Source: Amoebophrya sp. A120 | Taxonomy: Eukaryota; Protista; Dinoflagellata | Direction of reading: 5' to 3' | Assembly (NCBI GenBank): GCA_905178155.1 | Contig: CAJINV010000004.1 | Location: 4,133,555 to 4,197,554 of the forward strand | DNA length: 64,000 nt | Shown here: positions 1 to 13,179 of the stretch, one piece after another | Position numbering within the stretch: position 1 is the stretch's first letter | Layout of the letters: the number at the start of each line of letters is the position of its first letter | Program-made: the position numbers and the translations under genes | The notes under the pieces: model-generated | Told to the model about the DNA's origin: nothing | What the model saw: the letters and a program-made list of their open reading frames with translations, nothing else | Databases searched by the model: none

Positions 1-1542
1 GAAGATGAACTTCCAGTACGACAACTTGATTATGGAGGAGTCCGCACAGATTCTGGAAGTGGAGACGTTGATCCCCATGTTGCTGCAGAAGGCGGATGTG
101 GCCGGAGAATCCAGGCTGAAACGCGTCGTGCTGATTGGGGATCACCACCAGCTGCCGCCGGTCGTGAAAAACCGAGCGTTTGAACGATACGGACACTTGG
201 ATCAGAGCCTGTTCACCAGGTACAGAAGTCTTGATGTTGTTGCACTTTGTACGAGGAGTACCGCCTAGTACAGTATGCTGATAAAGATCTAGCTCTAGGA
301 TCGTTGTAATTGTGAGTCATGCAACGTGAAGACGATACGTAGACAAACCGCGATTTTAGAAAACGCAAGTGATGAGAAAAATATTCGAAAATACAACAAC
401 ACCCTCAGGTTCATCCGCCTCAACGTCCCCCACGTGATGCTGGACGCCCAGGGTCGTGCGCGACCCAGCATTGCGTCACTATACAACTGGAAATACGACA
501 ACATGCGAAATCTGCCCAACGTGCAGAAAAAAATCGACTACCGATTGGCGAACACGGGCTTGGTTTATGACTACCAGTTCATCAACGTACCGGACTACAA
601 CGGGACAGGTATGGGGTTTGGGATGTTAAGGATCATTTTCTTGGCATTTTTTTTGATTCATAGAGACCGAAGAAAGTGAATTTAGAAATGCTGTTCAAGT
701 TCAGTATCTCAAGAACTTTTTACTCAAACCGAATATCAAAAACTTCAACTTTCATCAAACTCAGGTGAAACCTCCCCGATGCCGTACTACTTCCAAAACG
801 AGGGTGAAGCGGAGTTTGCAGTAGCTATGTTCATGTTCATGCGACTTCTCGGTTACCCCGCCGGCTCCATCTCCATCCTGACGACCTACAACGGGCAGAA
901 AGCGCTCATACGAGACGTACTATTTTTGTTTTGTTCGCTATTTTCTAGTACTTCACCGTTGGAACAACCCCAAGAACCCGCTGCAATTCTTCGTGGCTCG
1001 AAAAATGTGCACCATCAACTCTCATATATCAAATCGAAACCCCACTACAGGTTATCCAGAAGCGTTGCGCTTGGAACCCTCTGTACGGGTGGCCGAAGCA
1101 GGTGACGACCGTCGATAAGTACCAGGGTCAGCAGAACGAGTACATTATCCTTTCCCTCGTTCGCACGGAGAAAGTTGGTCACTTGCGCGACGTCCGCCGT
1201 CTCATCGTGGCCATGAGTCGTTCCAAGTTGGGACTCTACGTGATCGGCAGGTTTGCGAATTTCAACCAGTGCTACGAGCTCCAACCGGTTCTGAAGTACT
1301 TCAAAAAGCGACCCTTTTCCCTGGCTCTGTACAAGGACTACAAGACGGAATTCTGGCCGTGCGAACGGTTTCTGGACACGAGTGACGCGTACGCGGAGAA
1401 GAATTCCCGGTTGGTCGCGAGCGGAATTGAGGAGATGTGGAAGATTCTGGGCGAAATGCAGGAACAAAAGGCGAAGGAACTCGGGCTGATCACGAACGAC
1501 GCGAATCTACCGCACATGCAGGAACCGCAGGACGAGGAGTGA
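1..1542 (+). CDS. AQR: Intron-binding spliceosomal RNA helicase Aquarius, C-terminal part (5' end outside window); exons <1-219, 409-608, 765-916, 1051-1542
   Basis: Motifs [39 protein letters not shown]|[78 protein letters not shown]. Three GT-AG introns (220-408, 609-764, 917-1050) join these in frame. Confidence 0.93.
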
Positions 1543-3712
1543 GGAAGGGAGGAAATTGTAAAGCTGTAGCGGATCATTTGTGCGGGAATCATGCTGCTCT
1601 ACCAAAAGTCACAGTGAATTCCAAGAAACAAAAATAAAAATTCTTAAACAAGTATCACAATTCATTATCTAGATCTACGTTGCTATTTCTCTTCAGTGTG
1701 AAGAGAAGCAGTATTGTGTATTGGACTTAAGTAGTTTGTCGACTCTGACGGGTTTAGCGTCAAGTTATGAAAAGCCAAGCGAAAACGAAAGGTCAGGAGG
1801 GTGTGCGTGAAATAAAAAACGCCAGCCAGTCTTGCTCTTCTTCATCGTGTTCGTCGGCATGAATGAAAACGAGAAGAATTTGAAATAACGAGTTGCAAAG
1901 AGGGACGTGGCGCCTTCGCGTACAGCCGTTGATATATCATTGTGTGAGGGAGGACTTCTGGAAGCTAATCCCGCTACCAGAAAGATTGATCGGCCCCGGT
2001 GTCAAATGCTACACGCTCGATTGGTGAGTTGTGAATGAGCAGAGACACTAGTACAACCAGCCGAGCGAGAATGGCAGACGCTTCAAAAAGAAGACGTACT
2101 CAGGTAGGTGCTCTCGATGGCCATAACTGAACAAGCAGAAACATCTTCGGCGCCGAGGTCGAGCCGCAAGCCGCGAAGGGGAGCGAACGCAGCCAAAGTC
2201 TTGGAAAACCGGGGGCGAAAATTTTCCGAGGTGTCCCGATCTTCGCGCTGACACTCCTCCCATGGCCGGCGCCAGTGCGTCACAAGCGGGCGCAAGAGAG
2301 GACGGCGGAAAGAAAAAGATCAGCAACAACGGCGCGGCCTTCGACGGGTACAGATGTCGCGCCGCGTACCGGAAAACGATATCGCTGGCGCAGAGCAATC
2401 CAACAAGGAGGCGCGCCGCGCTTGTTGCTAGTCCGTCGCCCCCGCTGCGCCCGTGGCGCTTTTGGGCCGACCTGGCCCGCTGGCCAGCCGCTGCGCAGGC
2501 AGGCCCTCCGTCCGTGCCTCGCGGCGCCTGGCGGTGTTCTTTCATGTATCCCATCGCCAGAAGGCCCACCCCGTTCGGGGCCGTGGCGGCTCCAATATGT
2601 CCGTGGCCGGCCGGGCAGGCCTTGGCTGTCTGTGTGACTGAGCGGCCCCCGTAGCGCAGCCACGCAGGGGGGCTAGTCCTTCGGCGATGTGTGTGGGCCT
2701 GCAGCCGCTGCCTCGCGCCGCTTTGCCCCCGCCCTCGTAAGGCCGGGCGATTGTGCGTTTTCGGAGTGCGCACAAGAGTGCTGCCCTGGCGCATGAGAGC
2801 CGGCCCTGTGGCTCCGATCCTCTGCCAGCAAGGGCCGCTGTTCAGTTCCATTCTGGTGCGATTTTTCTTTTTAAATAGAAAACAATAACGGAGTGAAAGC
2901 AAATAAAGAAAGCCCGCATACTTGTTGTTTTTTCCAAGAGGTTGCGGATTCATCATTGTTCTTGTTGTGTTGGAGAGTGTTTCATTGAAGCAGGAGGACA
3001 AGGACACTAATGTATGAGAAGTAGCGCAGTTTTTCTTTTTGATGATGTCACATGGTCAATTGGATTTTTCCTGGTTGAAGACAATTCGACATGGCTTTCT
3101 CGAGGCCTTCCAAGTCCTATTTTGACGCGTTATAATTTGAAGGTCATTATCAGCAGATAATACTGCGAACGAGGGTACAAGCGTTGGAGTTGTACTTTCT
3201 GGCGCTGGCAGCACATCGGTTTGTTTGGAATGAAAAGAAGATGAAGCAAGGAGCCCTGTTTTGTTGATTACTTTTCACAGTCGCAGGTCTTGTTCTACGT
3301 GTCTCGTCTACGATCTTCTTCGCATCGTCTGATAAAATCGTCAAGAAGAAGAATCAGAATGATCTCAGGGCTTTCAGGGCGGCAGAAGAAATGGATTGTC
3401 ATTGTGTTTGTGTTTTTTTCGCACAAATTGCTATCAAAAACAAGCTATGGCTTTCGCTCTGGCTTGGGTTGGGAGGGTGGTTGTTCTGTTGACCTGTCGT
3501 TTCGTCATCGTCCATGTCGTGTTGTTTCTCACTTGCGTATGAAGGCCGCAACAGCTCCTGATTTCAACCAGAAATAAAAGAGATTGACGAACTGGCATTT
3601 TTTGCCGGACCTGCTCTTGATGGTTTTTTGAGTCAAAAAAAGAAAATCAACGCTATTGAAGAAAGAAAATGAGACAGCCGTAGCCCCGAACAACGTTGCA
3701 GAAGCCTCCAAC

Positions 3713-4960
3713 ATGAAAGACAAGTCGCGGTCCCCGAAAAAAAAGAACTCCGGCGGTGGAGCAGGTGGCAGCACGCGGCCGTGTAGCGAATCACCCACAG
3801 CGGGGCTAAAAGGCAAGAATAAAGCTGCACAGAGCAGAAATCAAGCATGCCCGGCACAGGAAGTAGACGCTAGTCTTAGTCCTACTCGACGAGGCGGCTC
3901 GACATCCGGATCTCCGCTGCGCAAAGCGAGTGTCTATGACGGCTGTTTCTGGCTCCGCGACGACGAGGACGACCGTGAGGAGGAGGAAGAACCTCTTAAA
4001 GCGGTAGAAGCTCTTGCCAACGGAACAATGACAACCACATCTACAGCAGGTGGAGAAGATGCTGCTGCTCACCTTTATTTGGGCAACGTCAACACGAACA
4101 CGGCTACGTTTTTTGCGAAGGGCCCGAACAAGATGAAAACAAACCACAAGAAACAGCATCATCACCCCCTCCGGTACCACCGCACGCCCCCCTGTTTCGC
4201 CGACCACGGGCTCTACTTCACCTTGGGCCCGATCCTGTCCCCCGAGTCCTGTGATTTTCTTTGCAGCCGCGCGTTGAGCTCCCGGTACCACGACTGGGTC
4301 GCCTTTCCTGACTCGGTGGACGGAAAGCCGGAGCACCAACACTGCATTTTGGATGTGGGGAAAAGTCTGCAGGACCCGGTTTTGCTCCCCTTCGTGCAGC
4401 AACTCTCAGACGAGGTGATCTTGCCGCAGCTGCTCAAATGGAAAAACGAACCAGGAAAGGCCGGTGCTTCTAGTGGTAGTTTTTCGCCAAAAAGAGCAGG
4501 AGCTGCCAGAGCAGCGGCCCCTTGTTCAGAAACGACTTCGTCCACTGCTAACACGGAGTTCTTGCCTGCTTCGAACGATGCGGCCCCAAGCTCAACCAAG
4601 ACGAAAACTCGCTCCCCATTCGAGATGCACTGGGCTTTTCTGAGACGATACTCCGTAGACACGCGACTGGAATTTCCGGTGCACCGCGACAAGTCGAGCT
4701 TCACGGTGAACATCCTGCTGTCTGACGATTACACGGGGGCGGAGCTGTACTTACTGCCGGATAACACAGAGGCGGATGCCCTGCCAATCCAGACGTTTCG
4801 CAAACGGTTTCCTGCTAGTAAATTAAAGGCGGAATACGCGGTGCGGGCGCATGGAAAAGGGTATGCGGTCTGCCACCAGGGACGGCGGTTGCACGGAGTC
4901 TTGCCGATAGAAAGCGGGACGAGGATTACACTGATATTGATGTACATTGACAACCTGTAG
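3713..4960 (+). CDS. 2OG-Fe(II) dioxygenase (prolyl/lysyl hydroxylase-like), low-complexity N-terminus
   Basis: FLRRY..HRD.S.FTVNILL.DDYTGAELY ... HQGRRLHGVLPIESGTRITL gives the HxD...H...R signature. First in-frame ATG at 3713. Confidence 0.82.
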   Translation: MKDKSRSPKKKNSGGGAGGSTRPCSESPTAGLKGKNKAAQSRNQACPAQEVDASLSPTRRGGSTSGSPLRKASVYDGCFWLRDDEDDREEEEEPLKAVEALANGTMTTTSTAGGEDAAAHLYLGNVNTNTATFFAKGPNKMKTNHKKQHHHPLRYHRTPPCFADHGLYFTLGPILSPESCDFLCSRALSSRYHDWVAFPDSVDGKPEHQHCILDVGKSLQDPVLLPFVQQLSDEVILPQLLKWKNEPGKAGASSGSFSPKRAGAARAAAPCSETTSSTANTEFLPASNDAAPSSTKTKTRSPFEMHWAFLRRYSVDTRLEFPVHRDKSSFTVNILLSDDYTGAELYLLPDNTEADALPIQTFRKRFPASKLKAEYAVRAHGKGYAVCHQGRRLHGVLPIESGTRITLILMYIDNL

Positions 4961-5973
4961 GATGAACAAATGACGAAAAAAATGTTCTTGCCCTTCATAG
5001 GACTTTTGTATTGAGATCGTTGTCAAGCTTTGGCTTTGCGTTTCGCTCACTGAACAATGAGATTTGGACCGACGGAGGTGATCAACACGTGATAACGAAC
5101 TTGGAGATAATGGAAAGTAGACTGGGCTTTGAAATAGACAACTCCACACTACAACAGATTTGAAACGAACTGCCGCGCGCACGATGCGTAAATGTAGTTC
5201 TTGCAGCACACGTATTGGATCGCGTTGATATCAACACCAGCGTGTGATTTATCTCGAAGACCTTTCTGGCTGCGCTACCGCCAGACTCTGCCTGTTGCGG
5301 AATCTTCTTTCGTGAATGTCGGCACCCGAGGCGGCATGCATGTTTCTCGTGTGTCGTTTCGTGTTGAAGTTTCTTTCTCTGTAGAGGTAATACCAAATTT
5401 CTCATGATCTTCTCGTGCGTGTCTTTACCTCTTTATCTACTTTTGTAGCAGCGTTATTACGTGTACGTGTTACACAATTTCGTACAGCGCAGGTCGTTTT
5501 GGTTTTCGGTGTATTTTCTGCTATAATTCGTTTGGTTTTCATCTTCTTATCTTCCACTTCCTCGTGATCGTCGTAAATTCGTCCACCTTCGTCCTTTTTC
5601 GTCCTGCGCAGCTGTTGCTGCCGCGGTAGGATAAATTTCGTACGAAAAGACACTGCCTGTACTTCTTGCAGTCGGCGCACTTCTCACTTGTTACATGCGA
5701 TTTATTCAATTTCTATTGCAGGATACATAGCGTGAATAAAAGCCTCTACATCTTCTACCCTCTTCTGATTCATGTTGAGAATAGTGTCACTAGTACCTCG
5801 AACGCCTTATTCTATCAGGAGGATGAAAGAAGTTTCACATCGACGAGGACCTCGTCGTTATCATTTCAACACCGGGTGATAATCGTTAATGTGAATTAGA
5901 TTTCTTATTTTCATCTGTTTCTGTTACCAGTGCAAAACCAAAACCGCTTTCTTGCTAAAAGATCGAAGTCGAG

Positions 5974-8900
5974 ATGAAGGGTCTCGCAGACGCTTACAAG
6001 ACGCAGGTAGGCAACAACGCCTCGAGCACCGCAAACACGTCTTCACCAGCTGCTCCAGGGCCTGCTGGCACGCCGAGCCCTGGTTCCGGCGGACCTTCTC
6101 CCGGTGGATTAGCTGGGATGAACATGAAAAAGCTGGGTGGGTTGTCAAAAGCCGCTTCTGGAGGTACTCCTTCATCGTCCGCAGGACCTGCAGGTGGACC
6201 CCCGCCGCCAAAGAAACTTGCTTTCGCGATGCCACCCGGAGCAGTAGGTGCTGCAACCGTTTCTGACGACGCCGCGGAGCCAAATACGACGAGTAAAGAC
6301 GACCCTGCAGCTCAGGATGAGCAACGACCAACCACTGCCAGCTCGGGTTCTGCGGCAGAAAACGCTCACGCAGGCGCGACCAAAGTGCCGGCCATGAGCT
6401 TTGCGAAACTAGCGCCCGGGGGGAAGAGCGCGGACTCCAGCAACAGCACCAACTCAGCGAACGCGCCGATGACCAACCCCTTCGGCTTGCTAGGCGCCGC
6501 AAAGGCCGCGGGCGGCACCACACCGGCCAGCGGCGACGGCAGCGGCAGCCCGGACGAGAGTGGTGGCAGTGCTGCTCCGCCACCTCCCTCGGGTGCGATG
6601 CTGGCGCTGATGGGCAAAGCGCCGCCACCCGGCGGTGCCAAGGCCGCTGCGGCGAGCAACCCGTTTGCTCTCGGAGGTGCGAAGAAATCCAATCCCTTTC
6701 TCGCGGGGCTTGGCGGGGGCGGTTCTCCGACCGACGCCGCGGGCTCCCCGCCCGGCGGGGGCGGCGGCACGACAACGTCTGGTGGGGCGACGCCGATGGG
6801 CTTCACTTCCGCGATGCTCGCGAAGAAGGCGGCAGCGAGGATCAAGGAAAAATCGAAAAAACTCCGCGAAGAGCGGCTCGCCAAGATCGCGGCGCTGCAG
6901 GAGACCCCCGCGGCGACCAACCTGGTGAAGGAACGGCGCGCGATGCGGAACCGCAAAGACTTGACCCCGCTGCAGAAAATCGTGGTGTCGCCCAAGTTTG
7001 ACGCCTTCGTCACCTTCGCAATTGCGGCGAACTGTTTCTTCATGGCGTTTGAGTACCAGCTGCAGGGGGAGGACAAGGTGGACATGGAAACCGGCATTAT
7101 CGTCGGCGATTTGCTCTTTTTGTTAATTTTCACCGCGGAGTTGGGCCTACGTTGCGGCGCCTTCGGGTTGAAAAACGTCATCTTCAACCTACAATATTCG
7201 CTAGACGTCGCTGTGGTCGGGAGCGGGATTTTGTTCGAATTACTTTTACCTCTGATCACAACCGGCGGGATTTCCACCGGTGGGGAAGACGATTCCGGGG
7301 GATTAGCCGATGTGATGCGGATGTTGCGCGTGTTACGGGCCCTGCGTGTGCTCCGATTGCTGACGATTTTTGAGCATTTGTGGGCGGTCGTGCAGTTGTT
7401 CTTCTTCAGTATTCCCCCCCTGATCTGGACGGTCAGCTTCATGATGATCATCATCTTCCTGTTCGCCATGTTTTCCATCGTGATCATCGGGCAAAACACC
7501 GGGTTGACCTACCGTGGCAATAGTTCTTCGGGAAATATTAATTCTGGAGGAAGTTCTTCCACTTCTCAGCTGGTCACTGCAACAGGTAGTTGTAATCAGA
7601 ACTCCACGCTGACCGTGCAAGTGGCTGCACCAACTTCACCTAATGGTGGAGATGAAGGAAGTAACTCCAAAAAAGAACAGTTTGACGAGGCGAAGCAGTT
7701 CTTCATGACCACGCGGGATGCGATTGTGTACATGTTCCGCATCATGACACTGGACGGGTGGTCAGACATCGTGGTCCCGCTGGCCCAGGACTCCGTTTGG
7801 CCCTACATTTACTTTCTGCTGTTCATCTCCATTTCCGGGTTCGGGCTGATGAATTTGGTCACGGTGACCGTGTTGGAAACGGCGCAAAAGCAGACCAAAC
7901 GCGTGTCGGAATTGCTCGACATCGACGACAAAATGAACGTCATCGGCGATCTGCTGCGATTCCCCAACATCGCCCACTTTGCGGGCATGAACAACGGCGA
8001 AAATAACGCTAACGGAGGGGACAACGGTGGTTCAAATGCGAATGCCGTGGGCGGTGGTGCAGCTGCCACCAAGAATCCGCAGGGAACTTCTACCGCGAGC
8101 GGAAATGTTAACCAGGAGCAGCCACAGGTGGAATTGAACGTGACCGGGAACACGACGCGCGCCTATTTCATTGAGCACTGGCAGAAGTCGGTGGCGTTTC
8201 GCAATCTGTTCGAGACGTTGCAGCTGACCAGCGCGGACGCGGGCGCCTTCTTCGACGCGATGGACCTGGACAGCAGTGGCGAGCTGGACCCGTTTGAGCT
8301 GTCCACCACCTACATGGAGCTCACGACGCAGGTGCTGAACTCCACGGCCTCCGTGGCGCTGATCCGGTCCGCGGTGCTCCCCGAGGAAAAAGGTCGGATC
8401 CTGCGGTCCACCATGCAGGTGGCGCAGGCGAGCCGGTTTCAGGAGGTGGCGAAGCAGAATTTTCTGGACGAAAAGACGCGGGCCGAGGAGTTGGAGAAAA
8501 AGCAGTTGGAGGAGACAAAAAAGCAGGGTCTGGAAGCGAAAATCCGGGAGGAGAAAATGAGCCAGAACCTGGAGAAAATCCTGTTCGAATTCGCGTCCCT
8601 ACGGGAACAGCTGGATCGCGCGGAGACGAAAATAGCAGATTTGACCGAATACGTCACCACGGAGCTGCAGGCAGTGCGCCAGGCGCAGGTGACGCTCCCG
8701 CCGTTGCGGAGAAGAAGTGTGAAGAAGAAGAAGGCTGTATCTGCGGGGCAAGAACAGTCCTCGGCATTAGAATCCGTGCGGGAAGTGGACGATGACGGGG
8801 TATGACAGTTCACAACCCCCCCTCCCCCTCATTTGTCATGCAAAATTCCAAATCTTATCTACCTTCTGCCTGTTAGCACTGTTTGCATGACAGATTCCGA

Positions 8901-9742
8901 AAGCCAAAACAGCACTACAACCACCTAGGAATTTGTCATGCAAAAGCTGCATCTTCGCCAGCGCTTGCGTTGCTGTTCATGCAACACAAATGAGGGGGAG
9001 AGGGAGTTGTGCACTCTCATACGGGGGGAACGACTCCCTCATTGCGTCCGCTGTCGGCTTCGGCGAGATGAGCGATAGCACGCTCGGCGGGGGTCCCGGA
9101 GATACGATGATGAACACGACCACCAGTACGGTCTCCGGCGGGCCAAGAGTTACGAATGCGGCACACAGCCCGCACGTTTTTTCTCACAGTGGGGAGGTGA
9201 CGAGGCGGAGCAAACAAAGCTTAGCGGCGCAACAGCAGCAGCTGCAACTTCAGCAGCAGATGCCGCAAGTTGCGGGACTGCGGATCGTGGGCGGAGAGTT
9301 GTTTGTACAGGCATCGGTAACTTCTGCGGCAGCGCAGCCGCCACAACAGGCTCTCCTTTACGGAGCAGGTGCACCTCCCGATAGAGGTGCTGGCAATGCT
9401 GGCAGCCAGGCGCTGCAAATCGAGGCCGGAGGAGGTAATTCTGCCGTATCGTCCAGACCGACGACGGCGCCGCAGGAAGTCGTGCAGCGAGGACTGTCTT
9501 CTCCGCAAACAAGACTACGATCACCGGCACCTGCTCCAGGGGCTGTCACAAATGGTCCCGCAACTGAGCAAGCGGAAGTTGTTTCGCCAGCGTCAATAGC
9601 AGGTGTGAAGAATAACTCTACTCCGTCAAACACAGACACGTCCCCAATTTCTACATTATCTACCCCACCGCCTGCTGCAAGCACCCCAGGTGCAGCGAAA
9701 GGTTCACCGAGTGCCCTACTAGGTCCTTTCAAAAAGCCCTGA
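5974..9742 (+). CDS. Single-domain 6TM voltage-gated cation (probably Ca2+) channel with EF-hand and coiled coil; exons about 5974-8800 and 9027-9742; 1180 aa
   Basis: S4 MRMLRVLRALRVLRLL, pore IMTLDGWSDI, EF-hand loop DLDSSGELDPFE. The apparent stop at 8805 lies inside an introner; removing it joins the ORF in frame to ORF 8933-9742. Confidence 0.85.
8801..9021. mobile_element. Introner, family G
   Basis: TIR TATGACAGTTCACAACCCCC..CCTCATTTG / CAAATGAGGGGG..GTTGTGCACTCTCATA; DR CGGGG/CGGGG; frame restored. Confidence 0.88.
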
Positions 9743-10948
9743 GGCTGAGTTGGTTCCCCATTCACAATTCATTCTGATATTCGTTTTCATGATCATGGTA
9801 TAATATTATTTGACTTTCATTCAAGCAGAAGCTCGCCAATTTATCCACTGGCTCCTCCGAATAGAGCGCACCTGGACTACCTCGCCTAGGTCGATGGAAT
9901 GTGAACGCTGCTCATCGTACTTACAGGTCCAACGTAGTAGTTGCTGCGTATGCAGTCGGGGCACTGAAATATCAGACTGATTTTTGGGTTCGGCTGTACC
10001 AGATTGAGATTTCAACAACAAGACGCTTTTGGTGCAAAACGTTTTGCGCGTTCGTCAGTACCTGCTTGGGGACCAACACGCGGTCCTCTCTCTGTTCGTT
10101 CGGACCACCATCATGGACGAGTATTTTTTTTACATGTGGAAGTGGATGTACGTGGCGCACGGACCACTTCCGTCGAAGCGATATGAAACGATCATTTCTA
10201 TTTCGGCTCTTCGTGTTTGTGGTCTCTAGTGCTTCAACATCTAGTATTACAGTTATCATGTTCAGTCACAAGAAAGGAACATGCGCAGGCGAACGCATAT
10301 CCCATTCCTCGTTTCGCTGTTTTATTTGCGAACAGACCCGCACAAGTTAAAGTTTTCTTTGCTGCACCAGATCGTGATCAGAATCTCGTGCGTCAGGATT
10401 TGAGAGGCTACATATTTGCATCAAGTCGGTTCCGTGAGAGAGCGCAAGCAAATGGGTATCGCGATCTCCGTGTCGTAGTCTCTATCTCAGAATTGTCCGC
10501 TTCGTGACACATGAGTGTGACCCAAAGACATTCGAGACCGCTATCAAGGGGCACATCGCTTTTCACCCGATCGTTTTCGTATTCGTTGACGAGGCAAGGG
10601 AATGCATGGCTCGTGTTGTGTTTCGGGTTTCGAATGCCTTTATCGTCAGATAGGTTCAATAAAGTCAGATATGGTGACCTGCACCTGTTGGGCCTTGGGG
10701 TGTCGTCGCATTACCTCTCGTTTGGGCGATCGTGAACAAGAGTAGAGCCGCGTGTCTTCGTAACTTTCGCCGGATCAAGTTGTAACGACTCGTCTTGCAA
10801 GATAAACAAAGAAATCAGTATCACATGGTATTCATGAAAAAATTATACCTATGATTCCAGAAAGAAAAAAGACTCTGACTCGACGATAAGGATACTAAGC
10901 TTTTTGACTTTCCCCACTGATTGCGCGTTAGCTTCGCTAAGCGACAAG

Positions 10949-11497
10949 ATGAGTGGTCGCTTCTCGAGCCAGGGAATCGAGGGCCTCAACTCGCCAGAGG
11001 GTGACAACGACAACTCCTGGTCGTTTACACCAGGACCGCGATTACCGCCAGTGGTAACATCATCGTCCGAGGAGCTGAGTTCCGAGCCCGAATCGCATCA
11101 CGGAGACGGTGCAGGACAGCAAGGAACGACTGGAGGTACTTCGGCAACAAGTGATGTGAAAGAACAGCCGTCTATCGGCGTCGGAGTCGCTGCGTCCTCG
11201 GGTTGTGCTTCGAACACGTTTTCCACCGAGAGGCCGGGCTCTTCTAAAGTGGAGGTCGCCAGTTCTACCGCGTTGGCGTTGCCCACCAGCTCTACAACTA
11301 GCTCGCACGAAACCGCCTCGACGGGCGTGCAAGGGATTGTACCAACCAGAAGGCGGGTTTCAGATGGGCAGTTGCTAATTTCGTTCTCGTGGAGCAGGAC
11401 CAGCAAGGTTGAAAAATCGAACACGCAGTTACATCACGGTGGTGCAGGTAGAAACGAGAACCAGAACAACCTGAACGGAGCGCAGCAGTATTGTTGA
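10949..11497 (+). CDS. Possible S/T-rich hypothetical protein exon
   Basis: Open low-complexity frame with composition like neighbouring genes; no motif recognised; possible GT donor near 11448. Confidence 0.3.
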   Translation: MSGRFSSQGIEGLNSPEGDNDNSWSFTPGPRLPPVVTSSSEELSSEPESHHGDGAGQQGTTGGTSATSDVKEQPSIGVGVAASSGCASNTFSTERPGSSKVEVASSTALALPTSSTTSSHETASTGVQGIVPTRRRVSDGQLLISFSWSRTSKVEKSNTQLHHGGAGRNENQNNLNGAQQYC

Positions 11498-12220
11498 CTT
11501 GATCTTGTTACTCTTGTAGTACTTATTGTACTGTAGATCTTCTTGAAAGAATTTTGTTCTTCTCGTCTTGGATGAACACTGGTGGGAGAAATGGCTGTAT
11601 GACGTTGCACATGAGCGGAACATTATCTACTTGTCTTGCCCCATGATCCAGCACAAGGATCAACAAGTTGAGCGCCGAGATCATCCATAGCACCAGTCTT
11701 GCAATATCCGTCAACCACATGACAAACAGGCTCTTCACCGGGGAGGAACAACACACCACGGCGTCACGCGCCCACCTGAGGCAGTCCGCCCCCGGGGTCA
11801 TGACCGGCGCACCAACTCTGTGCAGTGATTCCACCCTTTCCGCATTTGGTTTCGAACCAAACTCCGACCACGAGAACGACGCACAGCAAATGGTAGTTTA
11901 GTTTCATATCTTTATCTTTTTACTTTTGCTAAATGCCACGGAACAACACTCCCTAGTCCTACTAGCCCTTCACGTTTATCTGCTACTTTTATTTTGAATG
12001 CCAGTTTTGCTTTTGGGCCCTTTCTGTTTCATCTGCCACGACGCACAGGAGAAATGATTGTTGAAGACGTGTTGAATGACCAATGATACTAAAATCAGGG
12101 GGACGACGGGCTGACGTACAACACTCTTCTATTTTCATCCAAGAAGAGCTGTCACGAGCGTAATCGCGACCACGTAATGGAGGTTCCTACTGTGGAGGGC
12201 GACTGGGTTAAACGACAAAG

Positions 12221-12303
12221 AAAGGACACCCGGACGAATCGCATCCGGAAAGACACCCGCACGATTCGTATCCGGAAAGACACCCGGACGACCCGTACCC
12301 GGC
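12221..12303. repeat. 27-bp tandem repeat x3
   Basis: AA(A/G)GACACCCG(G/C)ACGA..CG(C/T)A(T/C)CCGG units. Confidence 0.6.
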
Positions 12304-13179
12304 CCGCCGGCCGCGACAATCGCACCAGTCGAACGGGACGCGTCGACCGAAGAAACTCCATCCACGGTGGGTACGGTCGAGAGTGAAGACTGCAGAGTGG
12401 AAACAGACAGAAAAGTAGAACAAGATAGTTAGACTTAGAAGGAGTCAACATGCTAGAACGTCTCGGAAAATATGACTAAGAGCGAAATAAACGCAAAAAC
12501 TTTCTCTGTCTGAACTGTAGTACATGTTTTTTCTAGAAAAAGTCCAAGAACGGGCGAGATTGGGTACTTGCGTGAGTGCAGCTATGCGACTGCGATGAAG
12601 TTTTATTTTAGTTTTCAATTATTTTTTGCCGATTGTCTTCAAAAAGCCGTATAATAATTATGTTGAGAAAAATATTTATAACACCAGCACTTCCCTAATT
12701 TACATGTACACATGGGAAAAAGAATCTATCAAGAGCAGCGGCCGGATCGCTTTGTACAGCTACAGTAACAGTTTTACGAACGATTTCAGAGTCGCTTTTT
12801 GAGAATCTTTCACCTCATCAAGATCCATTTTATCGTAGAAAACCAAAACTTGAACTTCGTATCTAGCTCTAGTTGCTCTCGATTTTTACTATTTTGTAGT
12901 TGTACAAGAAAGTTGGAAGTCCAGTTCCTAAGTAGCGTTAGACGTCGCGTTGAGAAGTAGTTGCGTATCTTTTTCGATGGTTTATCTCTTAGTTCGACAA
13001 GGAAAATCCACAGTTCCAAAAAACCAGAAGAAACCGTTGTCAAGTCTATTGAAGTCGTCGCCTCGGAAAATCGAATCGCCCTGCGTGGCAAGAACGCAAA
13101 GTAAGGCTGTACAGGCACGCGAAGCGACTCCTATTAGTTGCAGTTGTCTCTGTTCATCGTCATGGCAAGCGCTTCTTGT

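Noticed and set aside
2048-3007. 319-aa minus ORF and overlapping ORFs
   Set aside because: GC-rich segment open in several frames with no motif; may be a non-coding repeat, but I could not define ends.
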